Positions 26,033 through 36,746 of a stretch of 64,000 nt of DNA are shown piece by piece. Every line of letters begins with the position of its first letter. Positions within the stretch are counted from its first letter, which is position 1. The stretch is taken from the sequence record PP777464.1. One strand, given 5' to 3'. Below the pieces are notes generated by a model. The model made no database searches, had not been told where the DNA came from, and saw only the letters and a program-made list of their open reading frames with translations. Both the position numbers and the translations under genes were made by a program.

Positions 26033-26625
26033 ATGCAAATAAATGTTGTAGTATTGAGGTTCATTTGTATTTTAAGAAATTAGTAAATGATATTATCTAT
26101 ATGCAAGAAATCATTTATCACAAAAGAATGGACTTAGAAAAAGCATTAGTTCAGTTCTCTTTTAATCTCGATGGTGATATATCGTTAGATGGTGATGGAT
26201 TGCGTATAGCATTTGACGGTAATACAAATAGGGTTTTCTTTTGGATAGATAATAAATTATGTTCATCAATATGTCGTACTTTTTATAACCCTATTTCGGA
26301 CTTATATCAATTGGTGTATTCTAAAGGTGCAGTTGAAGCATCATACGGTGATAGCTTTGCACTAGGAAAGAGTATCCCATATATGCAATCATTTGATATT
26401 GAATTAGTCAGTACTGATGAAGATGCGATGTTCACAAATGATATAACAATGCAGCGTGAATCTGCAATGAGATATATTACAAATTCTATGCATACATTCT
26501 TCGAAAGAACAGAATTTGATAATGTGTATATAGCAAATGTAAATATTTTTACTGACCTTTGTCAGTTCTTGAGAAGTATTTTTGATTTCGATGAAAGCTA
26601 TTGTAAGCTTTATACTGAGGTTTAA
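26023..26625 (+). CDS. Probable divergent F2 protein
   Basis: STDEDAMFTNDITM. Confidence 0.72.
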   Translation: MLLNANKCCSIEVHLYFKKLVNDIIYMQEIIYHKRMDLEKALVQFSFNLDGDISLDGDGLRIAFDGNTNRVFFWIDNKLCSSICRTFYNPISDLYQLVYSKGAVEASYGDSFALGKSIPYMQSFDIELVSTDEDAMFTNDITMQRESAMRYITNSMHTFFERTEFDNVYIANVNIFTDLCQFLRSIFDFDESYCKLYTEV

Positions 26626-26630
26626 ATGCC

Positions 26631-26990
26631 ATGAATACCATTAGTATTACGTACTACACAACGAAAAAATACGTTTGTTGTTTACTTTCGTTAAAGACAA
26701 ATGATGATATGTTTGAAATGGCGGCATATACATTAGAATTATCAGAAGATGGTTTTCAATGTCATGAAGCGTACTCAAATACACGTGAAGATACAATTGA
26801 TACTACGCTAATGCAAGAAGATGAGTTATTTCAAGAAAGTTTAGTATGGGATAAAAAATACTATTGTGATTTTGATTTTCTTTGTTTAATCCAGAAAGAA
26901 ATGAAAAGGATCTTCGACAATTATCCGGTGAAGAGATTGAGTACTAAGCCGGAGCAGTACAGGAGAATTTTATTCCGTTATGAAGACTGA
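26631..26990 (+). CDS. F2 protein
   Basis: MQEDELFQESLVWDKKY. Confidence 0.86.
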   Translation: MNTISITYYTTKKYVCCLLSLKTNDDMFEMAAYTLELSEDGFQCHEAYSNTREDTIDTTLMQEDELFQESLVWDKKYYCDFDFLCLIQKEMKRIFDNYPVKRLSTKPEQYRRILFRYED

Positions 26991-27318
26991 ATTAGTAAAA
27001 ATAATGTACGCAACTCACACTAAGTTATTATTGGTTAAAATGAATTATAACAGAAAACATAATGAATTCTGTACATTAATCCGAAATGAGGAATCATTTA
27101 CATTGCGTACCAATGATAAGCCAATGCTAACTATAAATGATTTTTCATGTTTAGATACAGGTGAATTGTTCCAGGAGTCATTAGTACTGGATAGTAGTAT
27201 ACATTTGGAAATTGAAGTACTACAACAGTACCAGATACTTTTGAATCGTATTATGGAAAATTATCCATGTGAAGTTGGTGGACCAATGCAATTCAAATCA
27301 AAGATGTATGAACTATGA
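26980..27318 (+). CDS. F2 protein
   Basis: DTGELFQESLVLD. Confidence 0.85.
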   Translation: MKTELVKIMYATHTKLLLVKMNYNRKHNEFCTLIRNEESFTLRTNDKPMLTINDFSCLDTGELFQESLVLDSSIHLEIEVLQQYQILLNRIMENYPCEVGGPMQFKSKMYEL

Positions 27319-27325
27319 GGTTAGT

Positions 27326-27859
27326 ATGTTAGATAAAATAAAGAACGAGGGAACTCTATACAATCATCTTAAGTTGGATACGTTCGAGGCAGCAATCAGT
27401 ACTGCACAAGATATAATTGATATTATCAAGTACATTAAAGAAAATAAGTTAAAATGTGTGAAAACGCCAGAACGTACAATGTACAAAGATGACGACCTTC
27501 ACGTATCAGTTGTTAAGCCAAAAGATAAGGATGGTAATAGAGATTTCTATAATAACAGTGGACAGTATGAATGTGAATATGATCCCGAATTTAGAGGTGG
27601 ATTCATGTGCTTCAGTAAAACAGATACTTCACATGTTGAGATACGTACATTAAAAGGTCTAGGTAGATTTGAGTTCATGGATATAGAACTAAATGAAGAA
27701 AACTACTTCCAACAATCATTGCTTAATACTGAATACAATTTAGGTGTACTATTCATGTACAAGTACTTATATGAGCACTTAAATGAAGACTTCTATCTGG
27801 ACTTAGAAGATTACCATTTAGTATGGAAAGAAATGGTAGAACTTCGTGAGAACTCTTGA
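27326..27859 (+). CDS. F2 protein
   Basis: LNEENYFQQSLLNT ... FYLDLE; start moved to 27326. Confidence 0.85.
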   Translation: MLDKIKNEGTLYNHLKLDTFEAAISTAQDIIDIIKYIKENKLKCVKTPERTMYKDDDLHVSVVKPKDKDGNRDFYNNSGQYECEYDPEFRGGFMCFSKTDTSHVEIRTLKGLGRFEFMDIELNEENYFQQSLLNTEYNLGVLFMYKYLYEHLNEDFYLDLEDYHLVWKEMVELRENS

Positions 27860-27885
27860 CACCCTCCAAATCTTTGTGATATAAT
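27856..27885 (+). promoter_or_regulatory. sigma70 promoter
   Basis: TTGACA-18-TATAAT with TG extension. Confidence 0.75.
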
Positions 27886-27918
27886 CTCTTTATATTAATT
27901 GTAAAGGGTTATATCACT

Positions 27919-28398
27919 ATGTCCAAAGACCTATCATTTAGCAATGCACAAAAAATCGCACAAAATATCATTAAACTTCATAAGTTCTTTGTAACAGTTA
28001 AAGAGAATATAATTCTCCCACGATGCACACTTTATGCGTACAAAAATTATTTGTCAATGAATAGCAATTTGTTGCATACTACAGATGAGAATTTCTGTGG
28101 TATTCGTGTACTTGACGATGCACCATCAGGGGATTTTATCTCATATTGTTTCCATACATCTGATAGTTTTAAGTACTATCATCCTAGATCTAATGATGAT
28201 GATGAATATGACACATTTAATGTTAGATCAGAAGAAGAATTCTTCCAGTACAGTACTTTGTACAATGAGAGAATCGTGTTTAGTTCTACAATTTTTACAG
28301 TACTTAAAGATGAACTCAATGACGCAAATGATAGATTCTATATGGATTTAAACTTCGTAGATGAAATCATTGAGTACATGGAGAAAAATGGTCTATGA
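27919..28398 (+). CDS. F2 protein
   Basis: RSEEEFFQYSTLYN ... FYMDLN. Confidence 0.86.
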   Translation: MSKDLSFSNAQKIAQNIIKLHKFFVTVKENIILPRCTLYAYKNYLSMNSNLLHTTDENFCGIRVLDDAPSGDFISYCFHTSDSFKYYHPRSNDDDEYDTFNVRSEEEFFQYSTLYNERIVFSSTIFTVLKDELNDANDRFYMDLNFVDEIIEYMEKNGL

Positions 28399-28877
28399 TT
28401 ACAACAGAATATGATTACGATGGTGTTTTAGAATTTGCATCTAACATTCATCGCATTGCAAAGGAGTTCAGAAGTCCCCAACCTTTCGGTGGAATGCCTT
28501 TTGGTGGAATGTTCCAATATGACCAATTCAGTTCAACCAAAGGAAGACTTGCCTTTAAAAATAATAAGGGCAATCAAGTATATGCTGAGTTCTTTGACGA
28601 TAATGACTTTCACTACAGAGCTGAATATATTTCATATTGCCAAGGGTCTGATTTGAAGATTAACATTGATACATTTAGAGATTCAGTGTTTATCCCTTAT
28701 AGTGAGTTAGTTTTCATGACAGAAGAAATGTACTTCCAAGGGTCTTGTATTCATGATGCAAAAGTACTTAATGCTATATTACTTTATGGTGCACTACTTC
28801 ATCATTACAAATACAAACAACGATTCTTTATAGATTTAGTTGTATACCATCAATGCGTGGATTATTTGAATGCATAA
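28395..28877 (+). CDS. F2 protein
   Basis: MTEEMYFQGSCIHD. Confidence 0.86.
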   Translation: MITTEYDYDGVLEFASNIHRIAKEFRSPQPFGGMPFGGMFQYDQFSSTKGRLAFKNNKGNQVYAEFFDDNDFHYRAEYISYCQGSDLKINIDTFRDSVFIPYSELVFMTEEMYFQGSCIHDAKVLNAILLYGALLHHYKYKQRFFIDLVVYHQCVDYLNA

Positions 28878-29232
28878 TACAACAACAATTCAGTACATGA
28901 CGGATGGCAATGATTGCTTTGCTTCAAGATATGAATTCATCAAGAACCATTTCGTAACCTATATCCCTGAATATAATCAGTTTTATCTACAGATTTACCA
29001 AAATGATTCATATATGAATGAGATATATTCTGAAATAAAAATCCCTGATTATAGTACTTTATCAGAAGAGGAATTGTTTCAGGAGAGCACTGTCAATACT
29101 GAAGATGTGTACGAACTAATGGAATACCAGAAGGTACTTAAATATTTCCATGAAGTTCAGGATATACAAATGGATAGTGTTAAAACGTGGAATTATAACA
29201 CATACGAGGTAAATTATGTTCGAAATGATTAA
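28870..29232 (+). CDS. F2 protein
   Basis: LSEEELFQESTVNT. Confidence 0.86.
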   Translation: MHNTTTIQYMTDGNDCFASRYEFIKNHFVTYIPEYNQFYLQIYQNDSYMNEIYSEIKIPDYSTLSEEELFQESTVNTEDVYELMEYQKVLKYFHEVQDIQMDSVKTWNYNTYEVNYVRND

Positions 29233-29629
29233 AATTATGCAACGATGCATTGTTGACCAACATGGAATATATGGATATAGTTTAAGTGCAGCTATTGACA
29301 AAAACAAAACAACATATGTAAGCTATAATGCAGTACTTGGATTTGATATATTCATTAATGCCAACAATAAAATCAAACAAGCCAAGGATGTATCTATAAT
29401 GACCCCTGATGAGCTATTTCAGTACAGCTTAGTTCTGCCGGGCTGTATTGATTTACAACGTCTAGGAGCTATACAGAAGGTTTTACGCGAACATAAAGTA
29501 CAACCAAATAAAATCACACACATTCCAGAAACATTCTACAAACCCATAGAAGTAGAAACCCCTGATTATATGTTAAGTGATGATGAGTTCTACGAGAAAC
29601 ACTTCCCTGGTAAAGTTTGGAGAGACTAA
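29216..29629 (+). CDS. F2 protein
   Basis: MTPDELFQYSLVLP. Confidence 0.85.
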   Translation: MFEMIKIMQRCIVDQHGIYGYSLSAAIDKNKTTYVSYNAVLGFDIFINANNKIKQAKDVSIMTPDELFQYSLVLPGCIDLQRLGAIQKVLREHKVQPNKITHIPETFYKPIEVETPDYMLSDDEFYEKHFPGKVWRD

Positions 29630-30111
29630 TGAACCGAAAGTACAGAGAAACTATGAAGTTCGCTAAGGAGTGTTTAGAGACAGTTGATTTCATTTTCGAT
29701 AACAAAGACTCATTGGGTCGCCACTTCGTAATTACAAAGAAAGAAGATAAGAGATACAAATGTCAACGATTAGGATACAGTATTGAGTTCTCCTTAATGA
29801 TTGATGGCATGATAAACTCCTTATATGAATGTGGTAAGACTGATTACATTTCATTTAGATCTTGGAGTGAACGTGTCATGTTCTTGACTCCAAATGGAGT
29901 TGTATATCCTTTTCTTGATGATTTATCAGAAGAAAGTTACTTTCAAAATAGTTTAATTTACACAGAAAAAGAACTCAAGATGCTATTCATTATGTCGTAC
30001 TTTAAAAAGTACTGCAAATTTAAATCATTAGCTTTTGAGATTTCTGCAATGAAAGTATTCATTAAAAATGTAAAAGAATTAAAGAGGATTTACGATGTAC
30101 ATAGAAAATGA
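29617..30111 (+). CDS. F2 protein
   Basis: LSEESYFQNSLIYT. Confidence 0.85.
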   Translation: MERLMNRKYRETMKFAKECLETVDFIFDNKDSLGRHFVITKKEDKRYKCQRLGYSIEFSLMIDGMINSLYECGKTDYISFRSWSERVMFLTPNGVVYPFLDDLSEESYFQNSLIYTEKELKMLFIMSYFKKYCKFKSLAFEISAMKVFIKNVKELKRIYDVHRK

Positions 30112-30637
30112 TAATGTAAAATGCATTGCCGACATTTGTATAAAATTAATGAAAATTTTCATTAACCCAAAATACAAGACTCGTTCATTACGTCATGACA
30201 TTGATGAACATTGTGTAATTACTATTCTAGGTAATATGCTTGATGTAAAGTACGATGGTAAATTGTTATTCGGTATACGAGAAGAGAAGATAGATGATGT
30301 CTTCTTTTCTCCTAAAGATAAGTTTGAACCTTCTGATTATAAAGTAATTATTCGTGATGATAGTATCTACATTAGTAGTGATCATTCAAATTACGTCGAA
30401 CAGATATACACTGAAAATGTTGACTACAACCATGAACTACTAGATTTACCAACATCAGACATAGATATGGAGAGAATCAAATTTTCATTATCAAATAATG
30501 AGTACTTAGGTATACAAACATATTATGCACTTCAGGGAAAGATTCCACCTGCGATGTATATAAGAATTGAGATTGGTAATGTATTCAATGAGAAGGTTAT
30601 ATCAATTGCTGATAAAATATTGAAGGTACAATTATGA
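30095..30637 (+). CDS. Hypothetical protein, possibly divergent F2
   Basis: 180 aa, same size and context; motif not recognisable. Confidence 0.75.
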   Translation: MYIENDNVKCIADICIKLMKIFINPKYKTRSLRHDIDEHCVITILGNMLDVKYDGKLLFGIREEKIDDVFFSPKDKFEPSDYKVIIRDDSIYISSDHSNYVEQIYTENVDYNHELLDLPTSDIDMERIKFSLSNNEYLGIQTYYALQGKIPPAMYIRIEIGNVFNEKVISIADKILKVQL

Positions 30638-31191
30638 ATTTTACTAATTATAATTTACATAGACTTGAATTACGTCATTGTATTGCATTTGCAAAAACAT
30701 TAATGTGCATCATTGATACACTATCATCTAAAACTTTTCGAAAGGATAATGATTTATGCCTTAAAAAAGGTAAAGTACAAAAATACGATTATACAGATGA
30801 AACGTATTTTGATATCTTTTTGGGAACAAATGATAGTACAAGAGTAGGATGTTTGGGAACAGTTGGAACACATTGCTTTACATGGAATCCAAATTCAAGT
30901 AAAGTACGAATTGACACCAACGATACATGTTATGCTGACCTTAGTACTGAATCTGATTTAGAATCAGTTATGTTCCAACACATGTTAATTCATAAACCAA
31001 ATGAAATTCTTTATCTTGTTGCTTTTAGTTATCTCTTACAAAATTATAAATCAGGTTTTACTATTGAAACTGATATCGATGAGATTATGGATGAGATTCC
31101 TAGTTTAAAAGATATTCTTGAAGAAAAAGATTTCTATCAGGACTTTAGAGATTTATACAACATGCACAGGGAGTTATCTGATAATGAATAA
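30634..31191 (+). CDS. F2 protein
   Basis: DLESVMFQHMLIHK. Confidence 0.82.
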   Translation: MNFTNYNLHRLELRHCIAFAKTLMCIIDTLSSKTFRKDNDLCLKKGKVQKYDYTDETYFDIFLGTNDSTRVGCLGTVGTHCFTWNPNSSKVRIDTNDTCYADLSTESDLESVMFQHMLIHKPNEILYLVAFSYLLQNYKSGFTIETDIDEIMDEIPSLKDILEEKDFYQDFRDLYNMHRELSDNE

Positions 31192-31702
31192 AGATGATAT
31201 TCTAATCAGACTAATCAACAGTCTGTTAAAATTCGTGAATAGTGATAGCGATACACACAATGTAGGTGACATTGAATTCAAATCATTTGGAATGTACGGT
31301 GAGGACAAAACATATTATGCATCAATGAAATTCCAAGATTATTATGAAATGTTAATTGCGTTAACATACGAAGATGTGGACCAAAGATGGAGTTCCAGTA
31401 TTTCTCTGTCGAGAATGGTAATTCGTAGTAAACATCGTTACATTTCGTCAAAGAATACTCCTAATTTGTTTGATATTGTTTTGAATGAAAATACCAACCC
31501 CCCATCTAAACATGATATCGTACCTTTAACTGATGAAGTACAGTTTCAATTGAGTACCATTTGTGATGAAGATGTGATATCATGTATGAAAATTTACGAG
31601 AAGATTGGTAGTGATATCCCTAAGAACTATTACATAACAATAGATGGAACGTACCTCCGAGATGAGGCTCTAGCGTACATTGACAGCGTTTTACCAAAAT
31701 AA
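31184..31702 (+). CDS. F2 protein
   Basis: LTDEVQFQLSTICD; start moved to 31184. Confidence 0.82.
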   Translation: MNKDDILIRLINSLLKFVNSDSDTHNVGDIEFKSFGMYGEDKTYYASMKFQDYYEMLIALTYEDVDQRWSSSISLSRMVIRSKHRYISSKNTPNLFDIVLNENTNPPSKHDIVPLTDEVQFQLSTICDEDVISCMKIYEKIGSDIPKNYYITIDGTYLRDEALAYIDSVLPK

Positions 31703-31722
31703 AGACCCTTATGGGTCTTTTT
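31701..31722 (+). terminator. Intrinsic terminator
   Basis: AAAGACCC-ttat-GGGTCTTT + TT. Confidence 0.8.
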
Positions 31723-31733
31723 GTGTTTAGTGC

Positions 31734-31762
31734 TTTACATGAGCATTCAGGTGTGTTATAAT
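31734..31762 (+). promoter_or_regulatory. sigma70 promoter
   Basis: TTTACA-17-TATAAT with TG extension. Confidence 0.75.
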
Positions 31763-31789
31763 CGCTTTTAACAGAGTACAGGAGAAGAT

Positions 31790-32353
31790 ATGAGTACTGA
31801 ATTAATTAAAGAAATCACATTGTTGGTAAAGCATTGTTTTAAGTTCATTGATGATAATGGTTCACGCCAGTACATTAAAGTTAATGAGAAATATAACATT
31901 AACGTCCTAAAGAATGAAACCGTTAACAGTTATGCAAACATTGAGTTAGATGTTGAGGACAAATACACCGCATTACACATCATTTCGTCCGGCGATAGAA
32001 AACAAGATTATCGTTCTACATTTTATGATGATAGTGTTACTGTTGGTTATAAATTTCATAAAAATAAAATTGCTTATAAGAATACATACACACATGAAGT
32101 AATTGAAGAGTACAATTATAAAATTAAAAAAGACGAGTACGATGTACTTTTATTCAATGCGAACCTCATACACAACGCTGGTACTGTTCGCAATCTTATG
32201 TTAGCATATGAAATTCCAAAGATTATAGAAAGAAATGAATTGATAATCTTTAAAACTATATTAAAATTCAGTACAGAAGAATTAGAAGATCTAGTACTGG
32301 CTCTTAAGACGTTCATCAATGAACATGTACCTGTTAAATTAGAGGACTTATAA
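31790..32353 (+). CDS. Probable divergent F2 protein
   Basis: DEYDVLLFNANLIHN; AGGAG SD. Confidence 0.75.
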   Translation: MSTELIKEITLLVKHCFKFIDDNGSRQYIKVNEKYNINVLKNETVNSYANIELDVEDKYTALHIISSGDRKQDYRSTFYDDSVTVGYKFHKNKIAYKNTYTHEVIEEYNYKIKKDEYDVLLFNANLIHNAGTVRNLMLAYEIPKIIERNELIIFKTILKFSTEELEDLVLALKTFINEHVPVKLEDL

Positions 32354-32937
32354 TGCAAGCTGAACACATTCAAATTATGAAATTGATGCATGACATTGCA
32401 GAACTATCTGAAAAGCACAACATTACTGAACATGAGCCTATTGGAAATTATCGTCTTAAAGTTGAATGCAAATCACCATATCGTTTTGGTTCAGTAGTAC
32501 TGGAGTCTTATAAAGTTTACGATTATGGAACGACAAAAAAAGGTTCATGGGATACTATGGCAATGTATATCCGTACATCAAGGCATAGTGAGCGAATTGG
32601 TTCCATTACTCCAAACATGATATTTGTCAATGCTTTACACGAAGATATTAATCGAATTGTTGAATCTAATTTTGATGACGTAGAGAATGATACATATTTG
32701 GAAATTCCACCAGAACTAGATCAAAGTGAAGACATTCGTGAAGCATACATTTTCCAGAGATCAGTACTTGACAACTTCAAGGAGTTTGAGTACATGATGC
32801 TTTGCTATGAAACTGCAAAAGCTATTGACACTGGTGAATTGGTAATGTATAGTAAGTTCATTAACTGTGAATCCGATACATTAAAAGAGCTACACACGGC
32901 AATCAAAAACATCAAGGATACATATGAACGCTTATAG
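32353..32937 (+). CDS. F2 protein
   Basis: IREAYIFQRSVLDN. Confidence 0.82.
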   Translation: MQAEHIQIMKLMHDIAELSEKHNITEHEPIGNYRLKVECKSPYRFGSVVLESYKVYDYGTTKKGSWDTMAMYIRTSRHSERIGSITPNMIFVNALHEDINRIVESNFDDVENDTYLEIPPELDQSEDIREAYIFQRSVLDNFKEFEYMMLCYETAKAIDTGELVMYSKFINCESDTLKELHTAIKNIKDTYERL

Positions 32938-33502
32938 TTATATGACAGCCCGACACCAACAGCTATATGATATCAGTACAAAGATGCTACACATTGTTGG
33001 TAGTGCCAAAGAAATTAACAAACATTACCTCATTCGTGATGTGTCATTTTCATCTAAATGTATGTCCAAAGAATATTACGATCACGGTATTCTTACTATT
33101 TCTGGTGCCAGGAATATTTGTATTGTAAAAAATAATAGTAAAAGTAATGAAGAGTGCGAGATTAGATCCGATATCCAAATTAATGATGATGGAAGTTTTT
33201 CACACCATCCATTTCATATTAGTACTGTTGGTGTTTTATATAATATTAAAGTACTATTCGGTGATAAAGAGTATGAGTTAAAAGCTATCAATCCAGAATC
33301 AAGTACAGTTGATGAAGAACTGTTTCAGATGAGCACCGTTATACCTGAAGAGGTTCTTAGTACTGTTATTTTTTGTAGTTTAATTTATCACACATACAAA
33401 AAGTACCAGTTCGATTTCCACATTTTAGGAACGTACATCTTCAATACTTTGAATGTTGATCGTTTAAAAGCATTAAATGCAGCAATGGATAAGGTGCTAT
33501 AA
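32924..33502 (+). CDS. F2 protein
   Basis: TVDEELFQMSTVIP. Confidence 0.84.
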   Translation: MNAYSYMTARHQQLYDISTKMLHIVGSAKEINKHYLIRDVSFSSKCMSKEYYDHGILTISGARNICIVKNNSKSNEECEIRSDIQINDDGSFSHHPFHISTVGVLYNIKVLFGDKEYELKAINPESSTVDEELFQMSTVIPEEVLSTVIFCSLIYHTYKKYQFDFHILGTYIFNTLNVDRLKALNAAMDKVL

Positions 33503-33930
33503 TGACAAGAGATGAATGCTTATACATATGGGATATAATTGAAACTACACTTTCAAATCCAGAAAATTATAAAACAAAAAAAAGACAACGACACAAAATA
33601 TGGATAGATTTGTTCGTTGAGGGCATACACGCAGTGACTATTTGGGATTCACCGAGGGCATCATCATCTACTCTGTTGGACAATGAATGCATTGATTGCA
33701 TTAATTCCAATTTTCATCTCTACGGTACTACATATTTCGGCACATTTCTGGATATTGAAAGTAAAGATGATATTGATTCACTTGCTTTACAATACGGAGT
33801 ACTGTATGATACTAAATTAATTTACGATTTAGTACTAGCTTCTTATGTGTATAAATTAATGATGAAATATAATCATATTTCAGTTTCAGTTTATACTAAG
33901 GATATTCTTTCATTAAGAGACAAAACATGA
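33502..33930 (+). CDS. Probable divergent F2 protein
   Basis: DDIDSLALQYGVLYD. Confidence 0.72.
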   Translation: MTRDECLYIWDIIETTLSNPENYKTKKRQRHKIWIDLFVEGIHAVTIWDSPRASSSTLLDNECIDCINSNFHLYGTTYFGTFLDIESKDDIDSLALQYGVLYDTKLIYDLVLASYVYKLMMKYNHISVSVYTKDILSLRDKT

Positions 33931-34433
33931 GTTTATTAAATGCACGAGAATTAGTTGAGATGTATGAGATCTTATCTTCATATAAAAATTCCCCAAAAGA
34001 TGTAATTCTAAACAAAAAGTTCCATGTCAATGTTGATCATATGAAAAATATAGATATGATTTCTTTAGTGGAAAGTCGTAAATCGGGTATTGAGCGTGAT
34101 ATCATGCGTTTGATTTATATTACCAAACCATCATATACTAATGATAGTTCAATTAGTAATGAGACGTTTTTGTACACTCCTTATACTGATTGTACTTTAG
34201 TTTCAATGTCTAATCAGAAACAAGATACTATCCAATTCATCAATACCAGTACTGATAACATTGAAGAAAATGAATTCCAAAACAATACATTAAGTTCATG
34301 TAGTAGTGTTATAACCTTTATGTCATATCTGTGGTCAATCAAATCAAATGCAATTGTATATAGTTCTAATTACACACAAGATTGTATTGTTGAATCATTT
34401 AAAGTTCTAAAGGAATACTATGAAAATAACTAA
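33927..34433 (+). CDS. F2 protein
   Basis: NIEENEFQNNTLSS. Confidence 0.8.
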   Translation: MSLLNARELVEMYEILSSYKNSPKDVILNKKFHVNVDHMKNIDMISLVESRKSGIERDIMRLIYITKPSYTNDSSISNETFLYTPYTDCTLVSMSNQKQDTIQFINTSTDNIEENEFQNNTLSSCSSVITFMSYLWSIKSNAIVYSSNYTQDCIVESFKVLKEYYENN

Positions 34434-35001
34434 TGATTTTATTAGAAGCTTAGTGCACCCTATGCTTGGTGTTATGAAAAAACTACAGACTCTACCTGAA
34501 GACAACGATTACAAGTTTAATCGTTTTGATTCGGATGTGTTTTGTATTGAAATGGAAATTAATAACAATCGTTATTTTCATTTAAAATTCAAAGAATCGT
34601 CGAGTTCGCACTACAACTTTGACATGAATTTTAAAATAAGCAATGATATTGAAGAAAACGCAATATCAAATCATATTAGCAGAAATGGTTTCATGCATAG
34701 AACTAATATGTTCAATAATAAAAACAGTATTATATCTAAATGGAATCATCAATTCACTAAAATTTGTGATATTGATTGCAGTACATTTGGTGAAGAACAA
34801 TACTTTCAGTTAAGTACAATACATGAACTTCCACCATATGATTGTGTAAAAACATGGTTTGATATTCATAATATAATTGATGATGCAATCGTACTTCCAT
34901 TTGGGTTGTCAATATCATATACTGCACCTAAAACGTTTGTTTTTACTGAAGATATGATTATGAAAAAGATATGGGCGATGATGCCACTTATGCTTGATTA
35001 A
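34420..35001 (+). CDS. F2 protein
   Basis: FGEEQYFQLSTIHE. Confidence 0.85.
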   Translation: MKITNDFIRSLVHPMLGVMKKLQTLPEDNDYKFNRFDSDVFCIEMEINNNRYFHLKFKESSSSHYNFDMNFKISNDIEENAISNHISRNGFMHRTNMFNNKNSIISKWNHQFTKICDIDCSTFGEEQYFQLSTIHELPPYDCVKTWFDIHNIIDDAIVLPFGLSISYTAPKTFVFTEDMIMKKIWAMMPLMLD

Positions 35002-35012
35002 CGGAGAACTAC

Positions 35013-35564
35013 ATGAATCAAAGTCATGATCTTTTTAAATTATGTGCATCCAAAGATGTGGAAGGATGGGCAGATAAAATCAATACAATTATTAACCGTT
35101 ATCTTGGCTTCTGTGCACGTTCACGAAGTGAAGGTTCAATGCGTTTCCAAATAACCATGACAATCGATGGTGTTACGATTTATGTCAACGAAGAACGTCT
35201 TGGTATTAATCTCTATGATAGTTGTGTCTTTGCTATTCACCAGAAAATGGGGGCAGGTTGGGGTTGTAATAATATGAACACCAATGCTTTTTTCTGGGTA
35301 GGTCATAGCAACACAGTACTTGATCCTTCAAAGAAATCAAACCTTTTAGATGATAATTTGGTATATGATTTAGCTTACTCTGAAGAACAACATTTCCAGT
35401 TAAGTACAATACATAGCTTAGTTCAATATGAAGATTGTATCAAAGCATTAGAATTATGCCATTCACTTGAACTTAAAGAAAAATTGATACAAATTTACCC
35501 ACTGTTCTTCCATGAAGAAGTACAATGCACACTAGATCATATTTTATATGGGTACGACAAATGA
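35013..35564 (+). CDS. F2 protein
   Basis: YSEEQHFQLSTIHS. Confidence 0.85.
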   Translation: MNQSHDLFKLCASKDVEGWADKINTIINRYLGFCARSRSEGSMRFQITMTIDGVTIYVNEERLGINLYDSCVFAIHQKMGAGWGCNNMNTNAFFWVGHSNTVLDPSKKSNLLDDNLVYDLAYSEEQHFQLSTIHSLVQYEDCIKALELCHSLELKEKLIQIYPLFFHEEVQCTLDHILYGYDK

Positions 35565-36163
35565 GAAAAAGTTATCAAGAAGCTATTGACCTAATTCGAG
35601 AAGTTATTAAGGTGGCTCCTGATGCGATAGCATTCAAGAAGTCCCTATATAAAAAGTATGGTCCCATGTCAAGTATGTGCTGTCAAAAGAAACGTAGTAA
35701 ATTCACTACGCAGTACTGGCATGATTCTATTATCCTGAGTAATGAACATCAGCGTATTTTAACAATCGAATCAGTAGATAATCAATATGGTGAAGGAATG
35801 ATTTGTGTTCCTGACTATGATGAAATTAATTTCAATTGTGGAGATTATGAGACTACATTATTATTACACGAGGGTTACCCTGAAGGTGATGTAATGGCAG
35901 AGTATAACCCAAAAACCAAAATACTGAAACGTGGTATGCAGTTCAAAATCAATAACAAAGATGATGTGGAAGCAGCACTAATGCAACTTAGTACTAGTGA
36001 ACCTATCACTATTGATGTAGAAGAGTTATGGGGCATCATTTCAGTACTTAATGAGTGTTATAAAATTAAATCATTACACAAGTACGCTATCATTTTACAT
36101 ACTAATTGTGCAATGATAAAATGCAAGAACATACAAGAGATGGCGGTTCCAGATGAACTTTAA
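35561..36163 (+). CDS. Probable divergent F2 protein
   Basis: DVEAALMQLSTSEP; start moved to 35561. Confidence 0.75.
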   Translation: MRKSYQEAIDLIREVIKVAPDAIAFKKSLYKKYGPMSSMCCQKKRSKFTTQYWHDSIILSNEHQRILTIESVDNQYGEGMICVPDYDEINFNCGDYETTLLLHEGYPEGDVMAEYNPKTKILKRGMQFKINNKDDVEAALMQLSTSEPITIDVEELWGIISVLNECYKIKSLHKYAIILHTNCAMIKCKNIQEMAVPDEL

Positions 36164-36737
36164 AGAAATAGAAAGTAAAATTAAGTACTTTAAAGATATT
36201 AAAAAACTTTGGGAAAAGTATAAAATTGATTATCAATTCCAAGATGATGATACTGTTCAAAACATTGATATTAATATTCGTGTAAAGTTCAAGAATGGCA
36301 ATTATGGCGAAGTTAAATTGAATGCTATTGGTGTATTCCTTAAGGATTATGATGGTTCTTCACTCGCTCAATTCGATTTCACACCTGATCCTGATGATAT
36401 GTTATTGAGTGAAGTCAATGCATATGACCTTGAGATGTTTAATGGTAAACCTTTACTATTCCGCTTATCAGATGAATGGGATGAGATTTACTACACATAC
36501 AAAGATGGTGTGATTCGAGACGCAAATGATGAAGTAGTAAATGATATGGAAGAACGTCTATTTCAAGAATCATGTGTGTCATCGGAGTCATATACATATC
36601 AATATCTACTTGACATGTTCGATTTGTATAGTAAAATAGATTCAGAAATGAGTACATTGGGTATTCATTATCTTACAATCAACGACTTTGCACAACTTGA
36701 AACAGCGGTTAAAGCCCTGGTCAAAGTACTGAAATAG
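36153..36737 (+). CDS. F2 protein
   Basis: DMEERLFQESCVSS. Confidence 0.84.
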   Translation: MNFKEIESKIKYFKDIKKLWEKYKIDYQFQDDDTVQNIDINIRVKFKNGNYGEVKLNAIGVFLKDYDGSSLAQFDFTPDPDDMLLSEVNAYDLEMFNGKPLLFRLSDEWDEIYYTYKDGVIRDANDEVVNDMEERLFQESCVSSESYTYQYLLDMFDLYSKIDSEMSTLGIHYLTINDFAQLETAVKALVKVLK

Positions 36738-36746
36738 GAATGAATT

